From an uncultured Gammaproteobacteria bacterium (GTDB lineage Bacteria; Pseudomonadota; Gammaproteobacteria; UBA9214): a stretch of 64,000 bases of DNA. Below the pieces are notes generated by a model. It was not told the origin of the DNA and did not search any database. It saw nothing but the letters and a program-made list of their open reading frames with translations. Position numbers and translations under genes: made by a program. The DNA is taken from positions 150,812 through 214,811 of the forward strand of contig CAWGNW010000015.1 of NCBI GenBank assembly GCA_963824045.1, written 5' to 3'. Positions 1-8,885 of this stretch are shown here, in pieces. How positions within the stretch are numbered: the stretch's first letter is position 1; each line of letters begins with the position of its first letter.

Positions 1-386
1 GGATTCCGCAGCATCCGCAAGAGCTGTCCCGGCATGCCTGCCTGCGCTACAGCTATTCAAGGCACGCTGCAGAGTGGCATCTGCAGGGACCCGGGATTGA
101 GCACCGCGTGCGGGTCAGCGGCCCGTTGCTCAGCAACAACGGCGATGCCCTGTGCAGTGCCGCGGAGCAGGGCCTGGGCATCACCCTGCTGCCGACGTTT
201 ATCGCCGGCGACGCCATCCGTGCCGGCCGTCTGCAATGCATCCTGCCGGAATACCGTCCGCCCGGGACCGGCATCCATGCCATCTACCCGTCGAGCCGAC
301 ACCTGTCCGCCAAGGTGCGCGCGTTTATCGATTTTCTGGCTGAGGAAATCACCGACCCGCCCCGCTGGGACAGGGATATCCTCTAG
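1..386 (+). CDS. LysR-family transcriptional regulator, C-terminal part (5' end outside window)
   Basis: Frame 3 is open from the window edge to TAG at 384-386. The translation ...HACLRYS...WHL...VRVSGPLLSNNGDALCSAAEQGLGITLLPTFIAGDAIRAGRL...IHAIYPSSRHLSAKVRAFIDFL is the typical end of a LysR effector-binding domain. Confidence 0.8.
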   Translation, partial: IPQHPQELSRHACLRYSYSRHAAEWHLQGPGIEHRVRVSGPLLSNNGDALCSAAEQGLGITLLPTFIAGDAIRAGRLQCILPEYRPPGTGIHAIYPSSRHLSAKVRAFIDFLAEEITDPPRWDRDIL

Positions 387-548
387 GAGCCTGTCGGACT
401 TAGGATGATTCTACTGCGGCGGTGGGAGAGCGGCCCAAATCACCCCGATTTCTCGTTGCGCAGGATCCACTATGCGCCTCGAAATCGTGACAATTTGTTC
501 TCACTCTCCCATCCGCCTCGTTACGAACCCCTAAGTCCGACAGGCTCC
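386..548. repeat. 163-bp imperfect whole-length palindrome (ERIC/Correia/MITE-like element)
   Basis: GGAGCCTGTCGGACTTAGG at 386-404 is the perfect reverse complement of 530-548. Internal segments also pair, for example GGCGGTGGGAGAG with CTCTCCCATCCGCC and CGATTTC with CGAAATCG. The left arm overlaps the LysR stop codon. Confidence 0.6.
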
Positions 549-556
549 CAGATAGA

Positions 557-578
557 AATTCCGTGTCCTTCCGCGGCG
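557..578. repeat. REP-B half-site (TTCCGTGTCCTTCCGCGG)
   Basis: Matches the right arm of the REP-B hairpin at 52390-52417 (TTCCGTGTCCTTCCGTGG). Confidence 0.4.
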
Positions 579-741
579 ACAAAAAATCTGTTTTGCAGAT
601 TGATGCCGTACAGAATCCATTTATAAATACGGAAATCCGCAAGCGTCTGTCTCAAGCACTGGGCCAGGGCGGGCCAGGCGACGCTGGATACCCGACGACC
701 AGGTCAGTTAAACTTTCCGGAAAACAGCATATCGATTGGCT

Positions 742-2712
742 ATGTTTTTAAAGAATTCGCTCTTTACAGTCATTATCGTCGTGGCATTCTTCGGGGCCAT
801 GGAGGCCGTCCTTGCCGTCGCCGGCGTGCGCCCCCTGATCCTCACCGAGGATCCCTTCGTCGGCTTCGCCGACAACGTGCCCCAGTTCGTCCCCGACATC
901 CGCCCCGACGGCACCCCCATCCTCAGAACGGCCAGAAACAAGCGCGTCCTGTTCAATTACCAGGAATTCCCTCTCCACAAGGACGACAACAGCTACCGCA
1001 TCTTCTGCATGGGCGGCTCCACCACCTACGGCCGACCCTACTTCGACAATGTCTCCTTCTGCGGCTGGCTGCGCGCCTACCTGCAGGCCGCCGAACCCGA
1101 ACGCCACTGGGAGGTCATCAACGCCGGCGGCGTCAGCTTCGCCAGCTACCGCGTCACCCGCCTGATGAACGAGCTCAAGCAGTACCAGCCCGACCTCTTC
1201 ATCGTCTATTCCGGACAGAACGAATTCCTCGAGCAGCGCTCCTACGGCGGCCTCATCGACCAGCCCGACTGGCTCATCAACCTCAACGCCTCCCTCAGCG
1301 GCACCCGGGTCTATACCGCCCTGACAGAGCTGATCGAGGCCGTGCGGCCCGACTCGCTCAAACAGGCCACGGCCCGCAGCCAGCTCAGCGGCGAGGTCGA
1401 CGAGATCCTCAACCACACCATCGGCCCGCAGAGCTACCAGCGCGACGACACCCTGAAGCAGCACATCCTCACCCACTACCGCCTCAACCTGCTGCGCATG
1501 GTCAGGATCGCGCAGAGCGTCGATGCCGGCATCCTGTTCGTGCAGCCCGCAATCAACCTCAAGGACATGTCGCCCTTCAAGAGCGCGCACCGGGAGGGGC
1601 TGGACGAAGCGGCGCTCGCGCAATGGGAGGACCTGTATGCGCGCGCCGGAGAACGCGCGGGCGCGGGCGATGCCGCCGCGGCACTGGCGCTGTATCGCCA
1701 GGCGCTGGCGATCGATGATCGCTATGCCGAGCTGCATTACCGGATGGGCCAGGCGCTGTTCAGCCTGCAACGCTACGCGGAGTCGGAGCAGGCCTTCCAG
1801 CGGGCGGTGGAGGAAGACATTGCGCCGCTGCGCATGCTGGGCGCGATGCAGCGCGACGTGGCGGAGGTGGCGGCAGCGGAAGGGGTGCCGCTGGTGGATT
1901 TCCCGGAGATCCTGCGCCAGGCCTACCGCAGGCAATACCCGTATACGGTCTTCGGCAAGGAGTATTTTGTCGACCACGTGCATACCAGCATGGAAGGCTA
2001 CCGCCTGCTGGGGCTGGCGCTGTTCGACGAACTGCAGCAGGAGGGCGTGGTCACCCCCGACGCCGGCTGGAACAGCACACGCCGCGAGGCCGTCGAACAG
2101 CAGCTGATCGCCAGCCTCGATCCCAGGGAAACTGGCCAGGCATTGGTAAATCTCGGGAAAGTCCTCGGCTGGGCCGGCAAGTTCGACGAGGCTTACGACG
2201 CATTCCAGCGGGCACTGGAAGACCTGGGCCCGCATCCGGCCGTGTATTACGGACTTGCATCGGCCCTGTATTCGCTGGGCAAACCCGGCGAGGCGGTGCA
2301 GTACTACCAGGCGACACTGGACCTCGCACCAGGGAGGCTTGGCGTGCATGCGGAGCTGGCAAGAATTTTCAGTGAGCAGGGCAAAATGGACGAGGCTATT
2401 GCGCAATGCCAGGCTGAACTCGGGCTCGACCCGGACAATTATCACGTGCACGTGGCGTTCGCGGAACTGCTGGAAAAACAGGGCGATCAGGCTGGTGCGC
2501 TGCAGCACCTGCAAACAGCGCTACGGCTCAACCCGCAACAACACCAGGCCCACACGGCGCTCGGCCTGATCCTGAAACAGCGGGGAGATTACCGGCAGGC
2601 CATCGAGCATTTTTCGGAAGCGCTGCGACTGGAGCCGGGCGACAGCACCGCAGCGGAAAACCTGCGACAACTGCAGGCGGAGCATGACAAGACGGGGAAG
2701 CGCTCGTCGTAG
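742..2712 (+). CDS. membrane-anchored SGNH/GDSL-like hydrolase-domain protein with C-terminal TPR repeats (paralogue 1, 656 aa)
   Basis: The ORF track starts at TTG 736; the first ATG is at 742. There is an N-terminal TM helix (FLKNSLFTVIIVVAFFGAMEAVLAVAG), an FCMGGSTTYG block-I-like motif, and a late DHVH motif like block V of SGNH hydrolases. The C-terminal ~280 aa are TPR-like (GDYRQAIEHFSEALRLEP and similar). High third-position GC. Near-identical paralogue at 41428-43500. Confidence 0.85.
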   Translation: MFLKNSLFTVIIVVAFFGAMEAVLAVAGVRPLILTEDPFVGFADNVPQFVPDIRPDGTPILRTARNKRVLFNYQEFPLHKDDNSYRIFCMGGSTTYGRPYFDNVSFCGWLRAYLQAAEPERHWEVINAGGVSFASYRVTRLMNELKQYQPDLFIVYSGQNEFLEQRSYGGLIDQPDWLINLNASLSGTRVYTALTELIEAVRPDSLKQATARSQLSGEVDEILNHTIGPQSYQRDDTLKQHILTHYRLNLLRMVRIAQSVDAGILFVQPAINLKDMSPFKSAHREGLDEAALAQWEDLYARAGERAGAGDAAAALALYRQALAIDDRYAELHYRMGQALFSLQRYAESEQAFQRAVEEDIAPLRMLGAMQRDVAEVAAAEGVPLVDFPEILRQAYRRQYPYTVFGKEYFVDHVHTSMEGYRLLGLALFDELQQEGVVTPDAGWNSTRREAVEQQLIASLDPRETGQALVNLGKVLGWAGKFDEAYDAFQRALEDLGPHPAVYYGLASALYSLGKPGEAVQYYQATLDLAPGRLGVHAELARIFSEQGKMDEAIAQCQAELGLDPDNYHVHVAFAELLEKQGDQAGALQHLQTALRLNPQQHQAHTALGLILKQRGDYRQAIEHFSEALRLEPGDSTAAENLRQLQAEHDKTGKRSS

Positions 2713-2742
2713 ACAGCGTAATCGCTCCGGAGGGCGGCGCTT

Positions 2743-2816
2743 GTGCCCATTGGGGTATTTATGCCCGGTGGGGTACTTTTGCCCGGCGGGGTATTTGTGC
2801 CCTTCAGGGTGCTAAT
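2743..2816. repeat. 4 tandem copies of a 17-19 bp unit (TGCCCnnnGGGGTAyTT)
   Basis: gtgcccattggggtattta / tgcccggtggggtactttt / gcccggcggggtatttg / tgcccttcagggtgctaat, read directly. Intergenic, just after the stop of paralogue 1. Confidence 0.6.
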
Positions 2817-2834
2817 ACAAGTGTGGCTACTGGA

Positions 2835-2899
2835 GTAGGAGCGGCCTCCTGGCCGCGATGCGGTTAACAAACAATCGCGCCGGAGGACGGCGCTCCTAC
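2835..2899. repeat. REP-A inverted pair (GTAGGAGCGGCCTCCTGGCCGCGAT ... ATCGCGCCGGAGGACGGCGCTCCTAC)
   Basis: Two REP units in opposite orientation form a long hairpin. The same family occurs at 35885-36011 and 46822-46930, and there is a truncated unit at 2720-2742. Confidence 0.7.
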
Positions 2900-2994
2900 A
2901 CGTGCGACCGGTAGGGCAGGAACAGTCGCTTAATGCCCGTTCGTTGGATACTGACCGCGATACCCGCATCAGACAACCGCGCGAAGTCAGCGGC

Positions 2995-3693
2995 TCAGGA
3001 GATCTTCACCACGATGTCATGCAGCACTTCGCCCGCCCGTGCCAGGCGATCGGCAGCATTCGACAGGTGACGATAGACTTCACGGCGTTTGAAAATATCG
3101 AGGACCAGCTTGACGGCCGCCACCCGGGTATCGGTTTCCTGCTTTCCCAGCAACTCGATATAGCCTGCTTCGCTGAATAATTCTCCAAGTGCCCGGCGAT
3201 AGACTTTTTCAGAAGTGCGTTCCGCCTTGCGCGCGGCCTGGGAGTCCTCCTCCGCCTGCTGCGGGTTTTCCGAGAGTTTTTGATAACCGCGCTGCAGTGC
3301 GTACGCACCGGCTTTCAGCAGAACCGCAAGTTCCAGCATGTACTTGTCCGGTTCCACCACGAGGACTTCGATTTCGCGGGTGGTCGTCTTGGCGTAGTTG
3401 ACGATATGGTCGATCGTGATGATCGCCCGGTAGATATCCTCGCGATCCATGGGAGTGGAAAACGACTTGTTCAGAATATCGGTATTCCTCGCCTTGAGTT
3501 CGTCACCACGTTTTTCCAGCGCCCGCACCTGCCTGGCCAGGTCCTCGTCGCCATGCTCCATGAACTGGACAAAGACCTCCATCGCCTCGACCGCGAGGTC
3601 ACACTGTTCACCGAGCAGTGAATAGAAATCAGGCATGCGGGGGAACACCCGGTCCATCAGTCGGGTAAATACAGAGTCTGTGCTACCGCTCAT
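2995..3693 (-). CDS. DUF47 / PhoU-like phosphate-transport regulator associated with PiT transporters
   Basis: ATG at 3693 is preceded by GGAGAAG; the longer ORF to 3741 lacks an SD. The helical protein MSGSTDSVFTRLMDRVFPRMPDFYSLLGEQCDL...RALEKRGDEL...REDIYRAIITIDHIVN matches the YkaA/DUF47 pattern. It lies immediately downstream of a PiT gene. Confidence 0.85.
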   Translation of the reverse strand: MSGSTDSVFTRLMDRVFPRMPDFYSLLGEQCDLAVEAMEVFVQFMEHGDEDLARQVRALEKRGDELKARNTDILNKSFSTPMDREDIYRAIITIDHIVNYAKTTTREIEVLVVEPDKYMLELAVLLKAGAYALQRGYQKLSENPQQAEEDSQAARKAERTSEKVYRRALGELFSEAGYIELLGKQETDTRVAAVKLVLDIFKRREVYRHLSNAADRLARAGEVLHDIVVKIS

Positions 3694-3754
3694 TCTTGTC
3701 TTCTCCGTGCAATAAGGGCTGTCCTGCAGCCGGATTATCATATACCAGCACAGC

Positions 3755-4795
3755 CTATGCCACGCCGGTTATCAGGTGCATCAGGTAATAGCTGATAATT
3801 GCCACTGTGGCGGCACCGGGTATCGTGATGACCCACGTCTTGATGATTTCGCCTGCCTTGCCCCAGCGAACCGCCCTGGGTCTCTCCGAGGCACCAATCC
3901 CCATAATGGAGGAACTCACCACGTGGGTGGTTGACACCGGGGCGCCGATCATCGATGCCGCGAAGATCACCGATGCAGAGGTTAGCTGGGCATCAAATGC
4001 ATGCAGCGGGCGCACCTTGTAAATGCCAAAGCCAACGGTGCGCACAATGCGCCAGCCGCCGGACATGATGCCCATGGTAATCGCGCTGGCGCAGGCAAGA
4101 ATCACCCAGAACGGCACATGAAATTCCGGGATAAAACCGCCCAGCAGCAGCACCAGGGTGATGATGCCCATACTTTTCTGGGCATCATTGGCACCATGCG
4201 AGAAGGCAAGACCGGCTGCAGTGAAAAACTGGACATGGCGCAGGTACTTGTTGGCAACGGGTGTTGCCGAACGCAGCAGGAATTTCATCGTCCGGTGAAT
4301 CAGAAATCCCGCCCAGAAGCCGATGATCGGCGAGACCACCAGGGCAACAAGCACCTTGGTCACCCCGGTGAAGTGCCCCCGGGCCAGTTCAGTGAAGCCC
4401 CACACCACATGGTCAACGCCGGTTGACACCACCACCGCACCCACCAGGCCACCCACCAGCGCGTGCGAGGATGAGGACGGGATTCCGAACCACCACGTCC
4501 CCAGGTTCCAGGTGATAGCCCCGACGATGCCGCACAGGATGATGGCCATTGCATCCAGCGACTGCAGGTCATTGATGTCGATAAAACTGCCGATGGTGTT
4601 GGCTACCGCCGTGCCACCCAGCAAGGGGCCCAGGAATTCAAATGTCGCAACGATGATGACGGCCTGTACAGGCGTCATTGCACGGGAGGCGATAACTGTG
4701 GCAATGATGTTGGAGGCATCATGAAAACCATTGGTGTAATCGAATATCAATACAACGATGACCGCTATCACAGCGAGCGTCACCAGAGCATCCAT
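3755..4795 (-). CDS. pit: inorganic phosphate transporter, PiT (PHO4) family
   Basis: Polytopic membrane protein with the PiT signatures NGFHDASNIIATVIASRAM near the N-terminus and HGANDAQKSMGII in the second half. GGAGG SD upstream of the ATG. Confidence 0.92.
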   Translation of the reverse strand: MDALVTLAVIAVIVVLIFDYTNGFHDASNIIATVIASRAMTPVQAVIIVATFEFLGPLLGGTAVANTIGSFIDINDLQSLDAMAIILCGIVGAITWNLGTWWFGIPSSSSHALVGGLVGAVVVSTGVDHVVWGFTELARGHFTGVTKVLVALVVSPIIGFWAGFLIHRTMKFLLRSATPVANKYLRHVQFFTAAGLAFSHGANDAQKSMGIITLVLLLGGFIPEFHVPFWVILACASAITMGIMSGGWRIVRTVGFGIYKVRPLHAFDAQLTSASVIFAASMIGAPVSTTHVVSSSIMGIGASERPRAVRWGKAGEIIKTWVITIPGAATVAIISYYLMHLITGVA

Positions 4796-5258
4796 AGCGC
4801 CTCCAGTTATTGTGGTTGATATGGCAGTGGTCGCTGCCTGGCTTCAGTTTTTAAACACACGGCTTCCGGAACAGGCTGTCTGTCGCGATTCTCGTGCCAC
4901 AGGGCACGCACCGGTCAGCTGCCTCAAGCGGCGAATGCGCCTGCATCAAAAGCCGGACTGGCGATCGCAGAAGTACATCACTTAAAGCCTCATTGCACCG
5001 GCGGTCGATGATACACGATGCCGGACCGGTAATACCAAATCTGTCACCATCATTGCCATAGCCTGCAACCCGGTGATTTGCCGTCATCCACTCCCGGCAG
5101 TCAAGCCGGGGGAATACCGTGCTGCCGCGCCAGACATTTCCCAGGTGCCCGCAGGCAGCATTCCGGTTGTCCTGGACTGCGGTCATTGCTTGCGGACCGG
5201 CCCGCGCGTCTGCGGACGCTGTCCCGGTTGCTCCCCGTACCCGCCGCATGCGGCGGCA

Positions 5259-6611
5259 TCACAGCGGCTTGCTGAAGAAATCGAAGAACAGCCACATCAC
5301 CAGCGAGGACGTGGCCAGTGTCATCAGCATGGCCGGCGTTCCCTTGCGGAACCACAGCCCCGGTGTGATGCGCAGGCTGTCGTCCCCGGTATCCTTTGCC
5401 AGCCGCTCGGACAGGGTCACGATGAATACGTTGGCCGTGGACCCCAGATGGGTGCCGTTGCCACCCATACCGACACCGATCGCCAGTGACCACCACAGCG
5501 GCGCCACGTTGACCCCCTGCTGTTCCATGCCGAGGATGATGGGAACCATCGCGGCGGTGAAGGGTATGTTGTCGATCATGGCCGAGAGGATGGCCGCCAG
5601 CCACATCAGCAGCAGCGCGGCAATCAGCAGATCGTTCGCCACGAACGGCTGGATGAACTGTCCCAGGTATTCAAGGAAGTAACTTTGCTCCACCCCGCCG
5701 ACGACCACGAACAGGGAAATGAAGAACATCAGCAGCGACATCTCGACGTCCTCGAACGATTCGTCGAGTTCCACGCTGCGGCCGATGAACACCAGCAGGG
5801 TCAGGCCGATTGCCGCCACGAACCAGGGCTCCCAGCCCAGCGAGTGGTGCAGGATAAACAGCACCACCATGACTGCCAGCACCGCCACGGCCGCATACCA
5901 GGTATGCGGGTCCTTGATTTCGTGCTTGCCGGAGAAATCCTGCTGCTCCGGGGTCACCGACAGTTCCCTTGCAAACAGCCAGCGCTGGGCCAGCAGGATA
6001 GTGAGCCAGGCGACCAGCACGATCCCGCCCATGTGGATCAGGAAGGTGTTGAAGTCAATCCCGGCAGCAGAGCCGATCATCAGGTTGGGGGGGTCGCCAA
6101 CCAGCGTGGCCACGCCGCCGGTGTCCGACAACAGTGCCGCACCCAGCAGGTAGGGCACCGGGCTCACCTTGAGCGCCTGGCAGATCAGCACGATCAGCGG
6201 TCCGAAGATGACCACGGTGGTGACGTTGTCCAGCAGCAGGGAGATGACCGTCACCGCCGTGCCCAGCATCACCATCAGCAGGAAAAGCCGTCCACGGCTG
6301 AGGTCGGCGATGCGGTAGGCCAGTGCCTGGAACCCGCCGGTAGGGATCATGATGGCGACAATGGTCATCATAGCGCCAAGCAGAAACACCACGTTCCAGT
6401 CGATGGCCTGAAGCGCAAGCTCCGGGCTGTAAAAACCGAAATACTGGCCGCACAGCACCATCAGGGCTGCACCGCCCATGGCGAACTTGGTGCGGTGAAA
6501 ACCGTGCACCCCCTCGGTGAAGATACCGATGAAGGTGGCGATCAGGATGACTGCGGATACCGCCATCTGGGTATTCCAGACGAGGGTTTCGGTTATCGGA
6601 TTGATTTCCAT
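5259..6611 (-). CDS. anion permease of the ArsB/NhaD (ion-transporter) superfamily
   Basis: 450-aa highly hydrophobic protein with about 10-12 predicted TM segments and motifs such as DNVTTVVIFGPL and IDNIPFTAAMVPI that are typical of ArsB/NhaD/YbiR-like permeases. The start is 10 nt after the stop of the upstream SLC13 gene. Confidence 0.8.
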   Translation of the reverse strand: MEINPITETLVWNTQMAVSAVILIATFIGIFTEGVHGFHRTKFAMGGAALMVLCGQYFGFYSPELALQAIDWNVVFLLGAMMTIVAIMIPTGGFQALAYRIADLSRGRLFLLMVMLGTAVTVISLLLDNVTTVVIFGPLIVLICQALKVSPVPYLLGAALLSDTGGVATLVGDPPNLMIGSAAGIDFNTFLIHMGGIVLVAWLTILLAQRWLFARELSVTPEQQDFSGKHEIKDPHTWYAAVAVLAVMVVLFILHHSLGWEPWFVAAIGLTLLVFIGRSVELDESFEDVEMSLLMFFISLFVVVGGVEQSYFLEYLGQFIQPFVANDLLIAALLLMWLAAILSAMIDNIPFTAAMVPIILGMEQQGVNVAPLWWSLAIGVGMGGNGTHLGSTANVFIVTLSERLAKDTGDDSLRITPGLWFRKGTPAMLMTLATSSLVMWLFFDFFSKPL

Positions 6612-6621
6612 AAAGGGGTTC

Positions 6622-8604
6622 TCAGAACACCAGGTTGAGCATCAGCAGTGAAACTACCAGAAACAGCACCGTCATGACGCCGCCCGCACGCATGAAGTCA
6701 GGGACACGGTAGCCGCCGGGGCCCATGATCAGGGCATTCACCTGGTGGGTGGGAATCAGGAAGGAGTTCGAGGTGGCGATGGCGACCGTCAGGGCGAATA
6801 CCGCCGGGTTGGCGCCCGCACCGATGGCAATGTTGACCGCCAGCGGCACCAGCAGCACGGTCGCACCGACATTCGACATCACCAGGGTGAAGAAGGTCGC
6901 CAGCACCGCCACGGCGGCCTGGATCACCCACAACGGCATATGCCCGACCACTGCAAGGGTCTGCTCGGCGATCCACTTGGCGGTGCCGGAGGTTTCCACG
7001 GCCAGGCCAAGCGGTATCAGCGAAGCCAGCAGGAACACGGTCTTCCAGCTGACGGCCTTGTAGGCCTCCTCCACCGACAGGACGCCGGACAGTATCATGC
7101 CCACGGCCCCGGTCAGCAGGGCGATCGACAGACGGGTATCGGTAAACAGCACCAGGAACAGGGCGATCGCGAAGAACAGCGCGGCCCAGTAAACCTTCTT
7201 CGGGCGCAGTTCCTCGTGCGGAAACTCGGTGGTAACCACCACGAAGTTGCGGTTCTGCTCCAGGCGCGCCAGTGCCTCCCAGGTGGTGTGCACAACCAGG
7301 GTATCGCCGGCCTGCAGGGGCAGGTCGCGTATCCCGTCACCTTCGCGCAGCGTCTCGGCATTGCGATGCAGCGCGACCATGGCGATGCCGTAGGTCTTGC
7401 GCAGCCAGACATCGCGTGCGCTTTTGCCAACGAGGCTGGAGCCGGGCGGAATGACCACCTCGGCGATGCCTGAACGGGTGGCTGACAGCGCCTCGGTGAA
7501 AGTCTCGATATCCCTGCGCAGCTGCAGTCCATAATGTTCGACAAAGGACTTCAGGTTGTAGGGCGCCGCCAGGATACCCAGCACGGTCCCGGCCTCGATG
7601 CCGACGTCGCGTGCCAGGCTGCCCGGTCCGATGCACATTTCCTCGTGGCACAGCGCGGCGATCACGCGGATGCGCTCCTGCTTCTCGACATCGTCCAGGT
7701 TCTTGCCGACCAGGCTGCTTTCCGCGGGCACCACCACCTCGAACAGGCTGTAGTCGAGGCCATAGACATCCTGAAAGTACTGCATGGTGTTGCTGGGGGT
7801 TGTGCCGTTGCTGCGCGTTCCGCGGGGCAGTACATAGCGGCCCGCCAGAACGAAGTACAGGATGCCGGTCGCCACCAGTGCCAGCCCGACAGGTGTGACC
7901 GAGAACAGGGACCAGGCGTCCATATGCTGCTCGGGCGGCAGCGCCTTGTTGGAAGTCAGCATCAGGTCGTTCAGCAGGATCAGCGGGCTGGAACCGACCA
8001 TGGTGACCGTGCCGCCGAGTATGGCGCAAAAGCCCATGGGCATCAGCAGCCGCGACATGGGCAGGCCGGAGCGCGCCGAGATACGGCTGACCACCGGCAG
8101 GAACAGCGCCGCCGCTCCCACGTTCTGCATAAAACTCGAAATGAAGCCCACCGTCCCGGAAATGATCGGAATGATGCGCGCCTCGCCGCTGCCGCCCACC
8201 TTGAGTATGTATGCCGCCACCTTGCTCATGATGCCGGTCTTGTCGAGTCCCGCCCCGATGATCATGACGGCGATGATCGACATGACCGCGTTACTGGAAA
8301 AGCCATCGAACAGGTGTCGGGTATCCACCAGTCCCTGCTCAAGTCCCATAAGGGGCGCCAGCAGGGACGTCAGTCCCAGCAGCACCATGATAGTGACCGC
8401 AGCCAGGTCCACGCTGACGACTTCAAAGGCAAACAGGTAAATGGTCAGCAGCAGCACGGCCGTGACCCAGGCGATTTCTATTGTGGGCACCAGGGTCGAC
8501 AGGTACAGCGCGGCCACGGCAAATATCAGCGGTGCGAGCCATAACCTGGTTCCCGCAAGCTTGCCCGGCGCGAGCACACTTTCTTCATCAGCTAAAGTTG
8601 TCAC
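6622..8604 (-). CDS. SLC13/DASS-family permease with two central TrkA-C (RCK_C) domains
   Basis: Hydrophobic N- and C-terminal halves flank a soluble insert carrying two RCK_C-like repeats (LFEVVVPAESSLVGKNLDD... and IAEVVIPPGSSLVGKSARD...). I prefer GTG at 8604 (GAGGAG SD 7 nt upstream) over the TTG at 8649 that opens the track ORF. Confidence 0.85.
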   Translation of the reverse strand: MTTLADEESVLAPGKLAGTRLWLAPLIFAVAALYLSTLVPTIEIAWVTAVLLLTIYLFAFEVVSVDLAAVTIMVLLGLTSLLAPLMGLEQGLVDTRHLFDGFSSNAVMSIIAVMIIGAGLDKTGIMSKVAAYILKVGGSGEARIIPIISGTVGFISSFMQNVGAAALFLPVVSRISARSGLPMSRLLMPMGFCAILGGTVTMVGSSPLILLNDLMLTSNKALPPEQHMDAWSLFSVTPVGLALVATGILYFVLAGRYVLPRGTRSNGTTPSNTMQYFQDVYGLDYSLFEVVVPAESSLVGKNLDDVEKQERIRVIAALCHEEMCIGPGSLARDVGIEAGTVLGILAAPYNLKSFVEHYGLQLRRDIETFTEALSATRSGIAEVVIPPGSSLVGKSARDVWLRKTYGIAMVALHRNAETLREGDGIRDLPLQAGDTLVVHTTWEALARLEQNRNFVVVTTEFPHEELRPKKVYWAALFFAIALFLVLFTDTRLSIALLTGAVGMILSGVLSVEEAYKAVSWKTVFLLASLIPLGLAVETSGTAKWIAEQTLAVVGHMPLWVIQAAVAVLATFFTLVMSNVGATVLLVPLAVNIAIGAGANPAVFALTVAIATSNSFLIPTHQVNALIMGPGGYRVPDFMRAGGVMTVLFLVVSLLMLNLVF

Positions 8605-8885
8605 AGTGTTTCTCCTCAACTCAAGTTCCAGAAATCCATCTGCTGTCAATGCAGCAGGTTATTTATCAGTCGCAACGGCTGACGCGCAACACCGCCAGAC
8701 CGTGCTATACCGGACAGTGCCGGCAAGCTGCGTTGCCACGCGCCGGCATCAGTCACCGGCCGTGACGGTTTGTTGCCCACCAGAACCAGTGGTACAGGCA
8801 GCTAACTGCGGCGTACCGGCAGCGCTTCCCTGACCATCTCCGCGAGGTCCGGATCGTCCAGCGCAGCCACGATGAGCAGTGAATA

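Noticed and set aside
748-2514. 588-aa minus-strand ORF antisense to paralogue 1, and its twin at 41290-42669.
   Set aside because: Shadow ORFs typical of GC-rich coding DNA. The translations are Arg/Ala/Gly/Val/Gln-rich with no motifs, whereas the sense strand has clear domain signatures.
2527-2690. Considered whether the conserved 3' tail shared by the two paralogues (also 43317-43480) is a DGR template/variable repeat pair.
   Set aside because: The differences are not adenine-specific, no reverse transcriptase gene is present, and the similarity is explained by a conserved terminal TPR unit.
2743-2816. Tested the tandem repeats here, and those at 31525-31585, as possible CRISPR arrays.
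   Set aside because: Only 2-4 units, either head-to-tail or with a 4-nt gap. There are no unique spacers of 25-40 bp and no cas genes in the window.
4851-5249. 132-aa minus-strand ORF in the 460-bp gap between the ArsB-like and PiT genes (Cys/Arg-rich, ...GHLGNVWRGSTVFPRLDCREW...).
   Set aside because: No SD, no signal peptide and no recognisable family. It may be chance in GC-rich DNA, and I could not support it as a gene.
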